From the NCBI GenBank assembly GCA_024137785.1, contig JAHRHZ010000150.1:631627-695626 (forward strand): 64,000 nucleotides of DNA, given 5' to 3'. The notes below the pieces were generated by a model. The model was not told where the DNA came from and did no database searches. It was given only the letters and a program-made list of their open reading frames with translations. Both the position numbers and the translations under genes were made by a program. Every line of letters starts with the position of its first letter. The first letter of the stretch is position 1. This document shows, piece by piece, positions 12,976-26,442 of the stretch. The stretch is from Ginglymostoma cirratum. Lineage: Eukaryota.

Positions 12976-13569
12976 TTCTCTGCTCCAATGCATTCAAGCT
13001 TCTTCCCATTCCTCTCTATTTCCACACCTCCCTATTTCTTTATATTAAAATTCCCTCCCCCTCTCCTGAATTTAACCCTTTCCCTATTCCCATGTCTTCA
13101 GTCCCCCTCCTATTGAATCCTTTCGCAATTGCTTTGTATTACACTCTCTCCCCGTTTCCCTGTATCTAACCCTCTCACTATTACTCCACTTTTAATTCTC
13201 TCCCTGTATTTTATACTCTCACTATTACATTTTATTTAACCCTCTTCTTGTTTCCCTGCATTTAATCATCTTCCTATTATTCTCTATTTACCCTCTCCTT
13301 ATCATTGTCTCTTTAATCCTCTCCCCAAAATTCTCTATTCAATTGTCTCCCTATCATTCTGTGTTAACAATCTGTCTATCTGTACTTAATTTTCTGTCTT
13401 TCCCTTGTTCTCTTCAATTATTGTTCCCCGATCCTGAATATTTGCTCCGCTCCCACCCAGCCCAACGTCCGGAGCTGCGGCTGCAGATCTATTTCAAAGT
13501 ACAGAGGAAGCTTAACAGCAGCACCATACTGTCAAACATAGCATTGCAGACGGGTAGAAGAAAGGCGCA

Positions 13570-13910
13570 ACTTCAACGTACACACATAAACAGGAAAAGC
13601 TTCAAGACACAACAATTTTTGCGCGCAAACCGAAAAAGCTCCAACAAACAAAATTAATGTGCAAACGTGAACAGCTCTAATGCACAACAATGTTTGTTTA
13701 TAAACTAGAAGACGTCCAAGATACAACAATATTCATATATAAACTCGAACAGCAACTATACACAATATTTACATAGAATTATGAACAGTTCTAATGTACA
13801 ACAATACTGAGACACAAACATGATCAGTTCCAATGCAGAACAATACGTAAACGCAAACATCTCCATTGTGCAAGAACATTTATATATAAATATAAACACT
13901 TCCAATTCAC
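13570..13910 (+). repeat. Degenerate ~38-bp minisatellite
   Basis: Repeated (ga)acag(c/t)tc(t/c)aatg(c/t)acaacaat...aaac units. Confidence 0.7.
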
Positions 13911-15095
13911 ACCTTCCCACAAGAATGAGATCCCCTACTCCCAATTCCTTCTCTTCCGCCGCGTCTGCTCCCAAGATGGGGCGTTTCACTCCCGAACATC
14001 CTCTTATTTCAAGGACCGCAACATCCCCCCGTTCAGTGGTCGAAAATGCTCTCGGCATCTCTTGCATTTCTCGCGCCTCGGCATCACATCCCCTCCCCGC
14101 AACAAAAACAAAGACAGAATTCCCCCCTTGTCCTCACGTAGCACCACACGAAGCTCTGGATTCAACAGTATCATTCTCCAGCACTTCCGCCACCTGCAAT
14201 CTGACCGCACAACCATTTCCTTCCTTCCTTAAGGATATATTTCCTTCCCTACCCCTATCTGCCTTTGGTCGGGACCTCTCTGCCTGAGACTACCTCCTAC
14301 GCTCCACACTCCCCACCAGCCTCACCACCACTGGCACCTTTCCCTGCAACCAAAGGAATGCTACACCTGCCCCTACACCTCCCACCCTCACCTCCATCCA
14401 AGGAAGGGACCAAAAAAAAATTTCACATAAGACAGAGGTGTATCCACCAATGTGGCCCACTGCATCCACTGCTCCCGATGTGGCCTCCTGTACATCGGTG
14501 AGAACAAGCGGTGGCTCGGAAACCACTTTGTAGAGCACCTGCATTCCGTTCGCGACAAACGACACCTTCCAGTCGTGAACCATTTCAACTCCCTCTCCCA
14601 CTACCTGGGAAACATGTCCATCCTGGGTCTCCTCCAATGTCACAACGACGCCATTCAGAAACTGGAGGAGTAGCACCTCATTTTCCGCCTTGGGAGCTTA
14701 CAACCCAATGGTCTCAATGTGGACTTGACCAGTTTCAAAATCTCCCCACCCCTGCCTCATCACATGACCAACCCTCCCTCTCATCCCCGTCCCCTTGACC
14801 TGACACAACCTGTCCATCTTCTCTCCCACCTGTCCGCTCCTCCCACCTCACTGACCAATCCCCACCATTGCCTACCTGCACTCACCTATCACATTCCCAC
14901 TTATTTTCTCCAGCCCCACACCTCCTCTGTCTGTTTATTTTAGAGCTCCCTTCCCCTCCCCTATTTCTGAAGAAGGTCCCGACCCGAAATGTCAACTTTC
15001 CTGCTCCTCTGATGTTGCCTGGCCCGCTGTGCTCCTCCAGCTCCACGCTGTGTTATCTCTGACTCCAGCATCGGCAGTTCTCACTACCTCTGGAA
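13910..15095 (+). mobile_element. Penelope-like element 3' end (GIY-YIG endonuclease + pLTR with hammerhead core)
   Basis: CIHCSRCGLLYIGENKRWLGNHFVEHLHSVR..HFNS..HY..NMSILGLLQC; core ctgaaga(14967)...cccgaaatgtc in the pLTR. Confidence 0.9.
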
Positions 15096-15770
15096 TGTAA
15101 CCGCAGTTCTTTAGAATTCACTTCAAACTTCCGCAGTGACTCAATGATCCCTAAGAGCTGCTGGAAAATCACAGTACAGAAGGAGGCCATTCAACCCACC
15201 ATGTGAATTCACTTTAAAACGCCTCAGTCTTTCTCTTATCCCACAGAACCGCACGACGGTTAATGCACAGAAAGAGGTAATCCATGTTTGTGTCAACTGC
15301 ATAAACGATCTACTTGTTCTAATTCCACTTTACAGTACCTAGTCCACTGTTACTGACTTCAAATGCAGATCCAGATTCCCTTTAAACGAGTTGAGGGTTT
15401 CCACGTCAAACTCCCCAAATACGGCAGTGAATTGCGCACACATCACCGGCCTTTGTTAAGAAGGAATAGCCCTCAAATCCCTTGTAATCCTTACAGCAGT
15501 CAGCCTCATTCTATGTCACATGGTAAAATGTCCTTTCCATTCAGGCCGACAGGCCTGTAACCAAGACCCTGATTATTTTGTATACCTCAATCACATCACC
15601 TCATATTCCTCAGAAGAAGCTCTCCCTCTGATGCTGCTTGGCCTGCTGTGTTCATCCAGCTCTATACCTTTTTACCCCGTATTCCTCTCTGTTACAGGGA
15701 AAACAACCTTAGCCATGTCCAATTTCCCTGAATGCTGTGGAAATTTCCAAGCGCTAACAATGTTTTTGTT

Positions 15771-15899
15771 GAAAACCAAAGGAACTGCGGATGCTGTAAA
15801 TCAGGAACAAAAACAAAGTTGCTGGAAAAGTTCAGCAGGTCTTGCAGCATCTGTGGAGGAGAAAACAGAGTTAACGTTTCGGGTCCGGTGAGCCTTCCT
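15771..15899 (-). mobile_element. Penelope mini-element family B with hammerhead-like core and 13-bp TSD
   Basis: TSD caatgtttttgtt at 15758-15770 and 15900-15912; paralogous empty site caacgctcttgtt at ~18630. Confidence 0.85.
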
Positions 15900-16334
15900 C
15901 AATGTTTTTGTTAATCTCCGCTGTGCTTTCCCCAGAGCAATTTTGTCCTCTCTGTTATGTGGTGACCAGAACTGTGCCGAACAATACAGCTGTGAGCTAC
16001 CCAATATAATGTCTTCTGTAGTTCGAGTGTTACAGGCCTTGCGCGGGGTGAGGAAAATTGTTTTGGGTAACCTTCCGTTCTGGATGAGGGGGCAGTAATT
16101 TGTGGAGAGGTAAAATAAGACTTTTCCCAGTGTGGATATCGGGTCCGGATCTGGACCATATAATGTACCTGGAGGGGTGTAGTTTTGGAGTGTAGTCTAA
16201 TCGAAGTGTGGGGTCAGTTAATCAGTTGCTCAGGAGTACAACTACATGTTTAATCGTATCATGTCTGTTCTGATAGCAGCTGACGTCGTTACAAAACAAA
16301 TGGGAGCCCAGACGAAATCCTGCTTGACCGATCA

Positions 16335-16520
16335 CAATAAAAACCAAAAGAACTGCGGATACTGTAAACCAGGAAGAAAAACCGAAGTTGCTGGAAAAAC
16401 TCAGCAGGTCTGACAGCATCAGTGAAAAAAACGCTGAATAAAAAGTCTGCGAAGAAAAAAACACGTTAACTCTGCATTTTTGTCTTCACAGATGCTGCTA
16501 GACCTGCTGAACTTGCCGTA
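16335..16520. mobile_element. Family B Penelope mini-element, partial fold-back
   Basis: aaaaccaaaagaactgcggat...ctcagcaggtctg followed by inverted cagatgctgctagacctgctga. Confidence 0.7.
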
Positions 16521-16699
16521 TGACAACCTTATTTGGCTTTGTCTTAACCAAGTGACTTCCTGAAGAATCATCAATGCACAATGTTGCAAACATGGCTTGA
16601 GCAACAAAACAGAAGTTAATTACAAAAGAAATGATGTTAAAATAGAATAACCCAAACTATAACTGATAATGCAGATTCAAAAAGGGCATAAATGTTAAA

Positions 16700-19200
16700 G
16701 TGAAAGGTGTTTGGAGGTGATTTGAGGAAAAGGCTTTCAAACAGAGAGTAGTGGGGCTCTTTATGCACTGTTGGTTGGGGGTGGGGTTGTACTTGAGGAG
16801 GGCAGACTCACAACCTTTAAAAACTATTTGGTGAGCACTGGAGGCCACGAGCCTAGTGCTGGAACCTGGGACGAGTGTAGATTTAGTTTAACCGTGTCAG
16901 CACAAGTTTAATGGACCAAAAGGTCTCTTGTGTACCCTAGGGTTCTATGATTTTACGAATTGCATCTGGGAGGCAGGTTGGAAAGTTAAACATTTTAATG
17001 AAACAAATCAAAAAGCTGTGGATGCTGCAAAGTTCGAACAGAAACAGAAATAGCTGGATAAATTCAACACGTATGGTGACATCCGTGGAGAGAGAAACAG
17101 AGCAAACGTTTTGTGTCCTGAATCACTTTTCATCAGACCATGTTCTTCAGAAGAAGGGTCACTGGACTCAAAAAGTTAACTCTGCTTTCACTCCATTCCA
17201 GGCCACGTCAGTGCAAAAAAAGACTGTGATTCGGATCTAAAAGGGAATTGAAAGAACAAAAAAAAATGATGACGTTTGTCAGACCGCATTTAGCATGCCC
17301 GGTGTACTTCTGGTCACCATATTAGAAAAAAAACGTTAATGCACTGGAGAAGATGTAATTATTCGATGGAAAATGATAACAGAGCTGAGAAAGCTTGTTT
17401 CATCATGAAAGGCACAAGCCATTATCTCAGCCCACTCTGATAGGATACATTGAGGGTCTGCTGACTCATTGAGCCACTCATAGCTTGTCTTGGAAAGGAA
17501 ACGATCCCTTGACCTATTTGGCAAATGTTCTAATTTTGAATATGAATTGACTCAGCAAAACGTGCAAAATTTAAGTACAGAAATTGCATTCTCTGCATTA
17601 TCTGACTCAAATATTTTTGGCATACGCCTGAATTTTTTAAAGAGTAATGTACATAATGAAAAACCGAAGAAACCGTTCACTAATTTCAATTGATTGCTGC
17701 TGCTCCAATCTGTGTATAACGAAATATAATGTAAGGAAAATCCGTTCTCTCTGACTCCTTATTGTGTTCTGATCACATCAGGGATAATTAGCATTTGAAC
17801 TGATAAACTGAATACCCAACCATTCATATAGATAACGTGTAAACATGATTCCACAGCGTTTCTTTTTTTAAAAAAATCTTTATTTTAAATGGCAATAACT
17901 AAACAGGGTAAGCATTTTTAACGTAATGATCTAATTGATAAATTCGGATGCTCTAAACTCAGTTAAGTATTTTCCCTCCCTGTCAAGAATTATTTTATGC
18001 ACTGTAAAAATTATGAAGCTGCAAACACTTCTTCAGGCAGCAACTGGAAGTCGTCACAGCCCTCTAGATTCAATCTAACACTCCCCAAGTCATTCTACTA
18101 TCCCATAGAACCGCAGGAACGTTATGGCACCGGAAGGGGTCATTCAGCTTCATTGCGAATTCACTTCAACACTCCTCAGTCAATAGCTGTCGCAAAGAAC
18201 CGCAGGAAAGTCATGCTAGAGAAATAGATTGAGTTAACTCAATAAACTAGATTTCTGTTCTAATCCCACCACCTGGTCTACAGCCCTGAAGGTTTCTTCA
18301 CGTCAGTTGCAGATCCTGATTCGTTTACATCAGTTGATGGTTGCTGCCCCAAGCCCCCCAAACTGAGCAGTGAATTCCGAACACAACACCACCTTCTGGA
18401 TGGAAAGGTTGGGCCTCATGTTCCCTACAACCCTTACAGGAATCAGCCTCACTCTGTGTTCTCTGCTCCGTTCTCTTTTCTCCGTTCGGGGAAACAGGTG
18501 TGCATCCCACAACCTCGTTAATTTTTTACTCCTCAATCACATGACCACTCAATTTTTCTCTATTCTGCGGAAAACGACCCTAACCTTTTCCAATCTTCCC
18601 TCAATGCTGCAGCAACTTCCAAGCGCTAGCAACGCTCTTGTTAATCTCTTCTATACTTTCCCCAGAGCAATTCTGTCCTCATTGTGAAGTGGTGACCAAA
18701 GGTGAGCATCGAACCGCAGCTATAAGCTACACAATGTCTTTTGTAGTACTGGTGTTTCAGATCTGGCAGGGATTGAGGGAATTTGTTTTGGATTGGATCA
18801 GGTCCAGGGTCAGGAGGGTAGTAATTTGAGGAGAGGTAATTATGGAATTATTTTTCAATGTGAATGTCAGGTCACGCTCTAGGGTATACAATGCATCTGG
18901 ATGGGTGTATTTGGGAGTGTCTGGTCGAAGCGTGGGGTAAGTTAATCAGTTACCCATGTGTTAGATTATGTGTTTAATAGGCTTACATCTTCTCTGTCAC
19001 CAGAAATGTAATTAAAGAACAAGTCAAACCGCAGACAGAAGTCCAACTTCATGGATCTCAATCTTATTTGTTTTTGGTTTTAACAAAATTATCTCTCTCT
19101 GAATCATAAACGCACAAAGTTGCAAATTTTGCTTCAACATCACCAGAAAAGTTTATCGCAAAAGAAATGATAATGGAATAGAATAATCTATGCTATGTAT
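16700..19200 (+). repeat. Segmental duplication copy C
   Basis: 16700-18690 collinear with 4400-6420; 18050-19200 collinear with 15110-16650. Confidence 0.85.
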
Positions 19201-20289
19201 TTACAACACAGATTCAAAGGCATTGAACACACTACGAATGTATAATCCCATTCATTCCAAAACAATGCATTAATTGAAATGAAATAAAACACCTTCTATT
19301 TATCATACAAAACACAATTTCTAGTGCAGCTCCAAAAAAAAAGGCGCCTCGCGTAATATTCACGCTAGAAATCCTGCATCTAACATTTGGTTAAGTAACT
19401 TGTGACTTCCATTTTTAAAATGAGACTGCAGTATCTTCTCCCAGGAGCTAACACACAGCTGAGTGTCATCATACTCAGCTTTAAGTGATCGCTTCATGGT
19501 TTTTTTTATGCCAACAATTCTGGTCTAGGGTGAACATGAGCTTTTCACTCCAAGGTAATCAAATTCACGAAATCTATCATTACCTTCTCGTGAGTATAGA
19601 TCTAATCATCAACCCTGTTTCAGGGTCTTCCAAGGACTAAAAGAAATGGCCCAAAGTTAAAACAAAAACTGAAGGTTGCTCAGTTCAGGGTGTTCTTCTT
19701 CAGAACATATTCTAGAACTCTCTAACAAATCTTTGTGGCCCCAGTAATACCATGCTGGGTTGCAAACAATCGAAAACGAACAAAAGTTCATTCCTGCACA
19801 AAGTCTCACAGTTTACAGCCAGGTTTCAAAAGCAGTTTTTGAAAGAAATGGCTGTGATAAGTGAAGTACCTGCAAGTTAACTATTAACCTCAGATACACA
19901 AAGAAACCCACTGATTAATCACACAAATCAAAAACCAAACACACATGCACTTTCGACGTATAAAGTCCCATAGTTTATGCCACTCTTTTCGAAAGTGAAA
20001 GCTTCATTCCATCGAAACTCTCCGTAGTCTCCGATTGAAATGGAGACTTCCAGAAGGTTCCAGAAGAAGATGAACTACACAGTGGAAACTTCAATTTCCA
20101 CGGCAATTCCTTCACACTCTTCGATGGTGGAGATTCTGCAGGGTCCCTGTGATCTGAAAGGAAATTACGAATCGTCCGCCCTGAGGGAGGGTGGCTACAA
20201 CATGCCCACGTATCATTGTCAGTTGCAGAGTAAAACTGCAGAGAATCCTCAGAAAGACTGACGCAAATTGAATGGTGCAACGCACTCAC

Positions 20290-20356
20290 CAGGAATCGCC
20301 ACGATCGGAAGGGTCGTGTAAAATATTTTTTGCAACTGCTGAAATGGAAGATGCGT
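20290..20356 (-). pseudogene. GPR139-like pseudogene exon 1 (start codon ATG->ACG)
   Basis: 67 bp, same length and phase as exon 1 of the intact gene; reads (T)HLPFQQLQKIFYTTLPIVAIP-g|gtgagt versus MHFPMQYGLKIYYAILAVIGVP-g|gtaagt; upstream ~100 bp also homologous. Confidence 0.85.
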
Positions 20357-21334
20357 TTTCTGCGCGAATTCCTTTACGCAGGCAATCTCTCCCTAAATGC
20401 CGAGTTGATATTGTCCCAAAGCCTTTCATCTATACCTGCTGGCATCTCCTGGGGGACTGTCGCATTAAAATTTTTCAAAGAATTTTAGCAAACAGGTGAC
20501 GACAGTGAGTTAAACACCATTTGTGACAGAACATTTCTTGAAGTTTATTGGGTTATGCGAATCTCATTCGGTCAATAACAAACATTGGAAATGAATGTAT
20601 TCCAACATTGATGCCAAACACCACCGTCCCACGTGGAGATCTCATTTTATTTCAGTGTCATCCTTCAATTTGAGTTTGACCATTTGGTCATGAAATTCCG
20701 TTGTTAAGTGTCCTTCTGTGAACTGTTCTCCTGAACAGAGGGACGTGTTTTCCCTGTTTGACAGTGGCTGTTCCGTGAAATAACGATAATTGGTTACTTG
20801 ATACGACACATGGTAGCTTTTGACATATCCAACATCGCAATAGAATTCCTCACCTTGTAACGATGAAGAGTCTCAATCTAAAGTCACTACTCAAACTAAT
20901 ACTAAACTTTAAATAACTCATCGAAAGACATGCTCAATGGTTAACGTAAGTTTCAATGACTACAGCTCCTCCTGCCAGGATGAAACCGTCTTTGCGATGT
21001 GTCAGAGCTGACTCTGAGATACACATAAACTGTACAGCATGAGAGGGAATGAATCATTCTCTGTTTTCTGTAGTGCACTGAACATGTACAGAGGCTTATA
21101 GTGAGACACAGATGACTTGCACAGATTACCAGTGATCCTGGCTTCTCTTTTCCATGACACACCTCTCAACCTTTTTCAACCCTTTCTGCTTCCTTCATCC
21201 TTCCGTGACGTGCAATTCCTTGTTTCTGTCCTTGCAGCCTCCCTCTCTCCTCCTTGTTTTCCACCTTCTGCCCATTGGATATCGTAGCAGACTTAGAATA
21301 TTTGCTCCATCAAGTCTGTTCCAACATTCTATCA

Positions 21335-22670
21335 TAAGAACATGAAAAAAACGGGAGAAGTCCATCTGTCCCCTCAAGCCTGCTGCACCGTACAATAAAA
21401 TCATGGCTCATCTTCTCATGGACTCAATTCCACTTACCTTCCACTCACCACAATCCTTAATTCCTTTAGCATTCAAAAATCTATTTACCTTTGACTTAAA
21501 AAAATGCAACAACATAGCTTCAGCTGCTTCACTGGGCGGGGAATACCATAGATTCACAATCCATTCGTGAAAAAGTTTCTCCTAAATCTGCTCCGCTTAC
21601 TCTGAGGCTTTGCCCCAGTGGAAATGCCAGTGGAAACAACTTGCCTTCTTCTATCTTATCTATTCCATTCATCATCTTAAATGTTTCCTTAACATACACC
21701 CCCGTCCCCATTTCTTCTAAATTCCAGTGAGTGTAGTCCCAGTCTACTCAATCTCTCTTCATAAACCACCCATTCCAGTGCAAGTACGTCCATTCTCAAG
21801 TAAGGTAAAAAGTAAAACTTAATATGTTGATAAGTTTGAAAACCCAATTCTCCTGCCTTCTTCCCATAAACCTTTATCCTATTATCAATTAAGAACCTAT
21901 CTATCTCTTCCTTAGAACCATCCAGAGGAAGTGTCACTCGATCCAAAACATTAACTGTGATTTCACTCCGCAGATGCTGCCAGAGTTGCTGAGCATTTCC
22001 AGCAACCTCTGCTTTTGTTTCTGATTCACAGCATCCGCACTTTTATGATTTTTACCTATCTATCTCTGTCTTAAGTGGACTCAGTGTTTTGGATTCCACA
22101 GCCTTCTCCGGCAATGGGATCCACAGATTCAGCTCCCTCTGGTTGAAGAAGTTCCTACTTATTGTAAACAATAAAGCGTTATCCTTTTTTCTCTGAGGCT
22201 CTGTCTTCTGATCGTCGTCTCTCCTACCATTGGAAACATCTTGTCCATGTCCAGTCTATCCAGGCCTCCCAGTATTCTGTAAGCTTTAATGAGATTTCCC
22301 TCTTTATGCTCCTAAATCCAATCAGTGCAGACCCAGAGTTGTCAATGGCTCCTCATGTGACAAGTACTTTATCCCTGGGCTCCTTCTTGTAAACCTCTCT
22401 GGACCTCCTCCAATGCCAGCACATTCTTCTGTATATATGGGTTCCACAACTGCTCACAATATTCCAAATACAGCCTGTCCAGAGCCTTATACAGTTTCAG
22501 CAGTATGTCCTAGCCCTCTTTTAAAACATGCTAACATTGCATGTGCCTTCCTGACGCCAGCTGAACGCTGCACGTTAACCTTAGGAGGGTACTGAACTGA
22601 GAATCCGAAGTCACTTTCTGCTTCAGAATTCCAAGACATTTCCCCACTTTAAAAAAATGCCTCCACCTCT
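21335..22670 (-). mobile_element. CR1 LINE 3' fragments (two, tandem)
   Basis: YEERLSRLGLHSLEFRR and ETFKMMNGIDK motifs; CR1 tail reversed at ~21340. Confidence 0.8.
21909..22053 (+). mobile_element. Family B Penelope mini-element with 14-bp TSD (degenerate hammerhead)
   Basis: TSD acctatctatctct at 21895-21908 and 22054-22067; body cagatgctgccagagttgctgagcatttccagcaac. Confidence 0.8.
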
Positions 22671-22759
22671 ATCTACTTTCGTCCCTGCAACCTTCACCTA
22701 TCCCTCGTGCACTATCTGAGCCCAGCCGACTCCTTTTTCCCTCTTCTCCTCTGTCAACG

Positions 22760-25700
22760 CGCTTGAAATAAGTACAAAATGTATGGGTGGAGCTACGGAA
22801 TACCAAGAAGCTGGCGGGGTTTGTCAAGCAGACTTCAAAGAGTATTGGAGACATACGGGAAGGCATTTAACAGGATACATACAGGATACAGCTGCAATCA
22901 TGGCTGACTTTAATTTACACATCAGTTGGACAAACCAAGCTGGCTATAATACCATGGAGGACAATTTCCTGACGTCTATAAGTGATGTCATTTTAGACCA
23001 ACATGTTGAGGAGGAACCCACAGAGCAGGATAGTCTGGATTGGTTATTTGCAATGATATAGGATTGATTAATCTTATTGTGTGGGATACATTGGGAAAAG
23101 TGATCAGAAAATGGTAGAATTGTCTATTCAGACGGAGAGTGAAGAAATTAACCCTGAAACCAGGCTCCTGAATCTAAGTAAAGAGAACAAGGAGGAATTG
23201 ATGCTTAAGTTGGCAACAATGGATGGGTAATCCTTATAAAAGGGCTGTTAGTGGATAGGCAATGGCTCATATGTAAGAAACATACACAAGAAGTGTAAAA
23301 ATTGCTCATTCATATATGACACAGCAATAAAACAGCAAAGTGTCAACGTCATTTGGTAGAATGCATCAGCTCCAGAACTTTCCAACAAGCATTGATACAT
23401 TACTTAGCAGGTGGTGAGAAGGGCACTACTTGTGAGATCCTTCACACACAACCAGACTCTTTGCTCCACCTCATGCTGACCTCAAAGTGGCTGTGTGTGT
23501 AGAGACTTCCAGGCATCTCCTGCTGGAATGTGCCTGTGCAAAGGAAGTCTGGAGAAAGCTACAATGGTTTTTGTTTTGTCGAAGCTCATTCTGTGCAGCT
23601 CTGTGATGCAGGACTCTGTGCTGTGCGCTCTGTTCCCTGGGATGCATGCCAAGCAAATATTGACAATGCCTGGAGGACCAACAACTAGGTGAAAGACGCT
23701 GTTTGCTATGTCCAAGATTGATTGGTTTCCAGAGCAAGGTGTTGAACCTTGTCTAGTGTTGTTGACTGGCACATTCCAAGGTTTAGGACTGCACGCTCAG
23801 GAGTGAATTAAAGCCTGGTCAACTGCTGCCAAGGCAGAGTAGGGGCAGATCAATGTCTAAGGTCCTTGTGCTGAAGTTAAATGGGGGTCCGTACAGTTAT
23901 CAGACCATCCCTATTCTTCAAATGTACATACATATAATCTTGTACAAGTAAGAAATATCTTTGGTTTGTTTGCTGGATAGAGTCAAACTCCAATGTTTGT
24001 TACTTCATATGTTATTGTACAGAACCAAACGGCTTGTGCCAACGTATGTACATGAAGATTTTTTTATGAATAGAGCATATTTTGAAATTAAACAAAAACT
24101 GTGGCTTTCAAAAGAAATTAGAAATACTATTAGATGCAAAGAGGAGATAGACAAAATGGCCAGAAAAAAAAGGCAAGCCTGAGCTCTGGAAGCAATTTAG
24201 AATTCAGAAAAAGAAGACAAAAAGATTGGTCAAGACACGAAAAATGTAACGCGGCAACGAGAGTTCAGGGAATAGAAAAAAAAACTGACTTTAAAGTTTT
24301 CTGAGGATATGTGAAGAAAAGTTTAGTGACGGCAAATGTGAATCCATTAAAATCAGAAATGGGGAAATTGCAATGGGAGGGCACAAAGGAAATAAACATT
24401 TGGAAGAAGTAAACATTTAGTTCTCTCTTCATAAATAACCTCCCAGAAATGTTGTAGAGCCCATAGTCTAGTGACAGCGTGGAATTGAAGAAACTCAGTT
24501 CAGTAAACAAAAGATTTTGGGGAAATTAATGGAGTTGAAGACTGACAGATCACCAGGTGCTGATGATGCCAACACTAGAGTGCTAAAGGAAGTGTCCTTG
24601 AAAACAACGGATACTAGTGATCACCTTCCAAAATTCTGTACACTCTGGAGCAGTTACTACAGATTGGAGTGTGGCAAATGTAACCCCACTATCTGGAAAT
24701 TGGGAGGGGGAAAACAATAAACTCACAATTGTAGACTGTTTGGCCTAACATCAGCAGTGGGAAAGGCATGAGGATGTGGTTTATAAATAAAATACCCATT
24801 TGGTAAGCATTAAAAGGGTTAGACAAAGTCAGTATGGAGATTGCTTTTGAGGATACAGCCTACAGAATAGAGGAGAGTGGAACAGTGGATTGAATGGATG
24901 AATAGGCTCTTGATAGAGTTTCATATTAGAACCTAGTGGACAAATTTATTTGCATGGATTGGATAGTAATATATTGAGATGGGTAGAGAATTGGCTGTCA
25001 GACCAGACACAGGCAATGAGAAAAAAGAGCCCTTTTCTCCAGATGGCAGGCGCTGACTAATGTAATAGCTTGTGCCCCATCTCTTCATTATATTTATTAA
25101 CAACATAGAGGACAGAAACAAATACAATATTTCCAAGTTGGCCAACGAAATAAATTAAGCTTTTATTGTGAGTTGTAAGAAGACTTCAGGCCAATGAAGA
25201 ATAGTTGAGTGAGTGCGTAAGCACGTGACAGGTGCAGTAATAATGCCGTCAAAAGTGAAGTTTCACACTTGAGACTGAAAAAAAGAAAGTCAGAGCATTG
25301 CATAAATTATGATGTTTTGAGGAATGTGGTTGTACAAAGGGATTTAGATGACCTTGTTCACGAATCAATGGAAGTAGACAGGCAGGTGTAACAAATAATT
25401 TGAAGGCAAATGGTACATTGACATCCATGGCAAAAGGTTTTGAGTATAGAAATCAGGATGTATGAATGTTGTGATCCAAAGCTTTGGTGAGACCACACTT
25501 GAAGTATTGTTTGCGGTTCTGATGTCTCTGTCGAAGAAAAGACATAATGACTGATGGGAAGTTCAGCAGCGGTTCATTACGTCGGGACTGGGATGGAAAG
25601 ACTATCCCATGAGGAGAGGTTGGTTCGACTTGGCCTGTATTTACTACAGTTCAGACTGTGAAAAGACATTTGATTGAAATGTATGAAATTCTGACACGGC

Positions 25701-26045
25701 TAGACGTACCAGATTAAGGGGAGATGTTTCCCTTGGTTGGGGAGTCTAGAACGAGCGGACACAGTCTCAGAATACGGGACAGACCATCTTGGACAGAGAT
25801 GAGGAAATATTTGTTCACTGAGGAGATTGTCAACATGTACAATTCTCCACCACAGAGATCTGTGAGGAATGGAGCATTTAGTACGATCAAGGAAGAGGTT
25901 GATATATTTTTATATATTAAGAGCATCAAGGGGTTTGGAGAGAAAGCAGGGATATGGTGTTGAGATACAAGATCGGCCGCGATCGTATCGAAATGTGTTC
26001 CAGATTCAATGGGTTGAGTGGCCCGATTCTGTTCCTATGTTCCCA
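22760..26045 (+). mobile_element. Old CR1 LINE ORF2 (EN through RT and tail), split by a Tx1-like insertion
   Basis: IMADFNLHISW, LDQHVEEEPT, LKTDRSPGAD, FPLVGESRTSGHSLRI; CR1 tail near 26020. Confidence 0.8.
23340..24098 (+). mobile_element. L1/Tx1-clade LINE 3' end
   Basis: C-terminal zinc-knuckle region ET..HLLLECACAKEVW, QDSVL..LFPG, VKDA motif; tail tttatgaatagagcatattttgaaattaaacaaaaa. Confidence 0.7.
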
Positions 26046-26442
26046 AATTCCAATCCAACAATGCACAGCTTCAAATGTGCTGTCGATGTCTGTCCCAATT
26101 TTGATACATCCCTTTGTGGGCTTCCACAGTCCATCAGAAACTTTCCAGTCTGGTTGGTTAAATCACCTTGCCACAAAGAGGAGAGCCTGATTGACCGAGG
26201 TAGCTGCCTATTACAGGGCTCGGGTGGCGGTATTGACTGATGCAAGTGTCTGTCATTGAACCTGGGCAGTTAAACATCAAATGAAGCAATATGACTGGGT
26301 GTTGATTTTTCCATTAATTGTGCGAAAGGACCTGAATATTTGAGTTGGGAGATAGTCATTGGATGTAGCTCCTTGATTTATTGAGGACAGTGTCAGATGC
26401 AGGGCAGAGTTCACGGATTGGATGGTCTTCACCCGAACTTCT

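Larger units (their letters stand above)
10600..13430 (+). repeat. Pyrimidine-rich degenerate minisatellite (ttaaccctctc/ctctgtat units), interrupted by an LTR-like piece and a SINE
   Basis: Recurrent tt(a)a(t/c)cctctc and ctgtatt motifs over ~2.8 kb with strong C/T strand bias. Confidence 0.75.
15110..16650 (+). repeat. Segmental duplication copy B (paralog of 5800-6420 and 18050-19200)
   Basis: Shared gaattcactttaaaac, ccccagagcaattttgtcctc, gtaatttg..gagaggtaa, cgaag(t/c)gtggggt.agttaatcagtt. Confidence 0.8.

Noticed and set aside
19975-20289. 104-aa minus-strand ORF next to pseudo-exon 1
   Set aside because: Starts at the GTG of the splice donor (intron); no recognisable domain.
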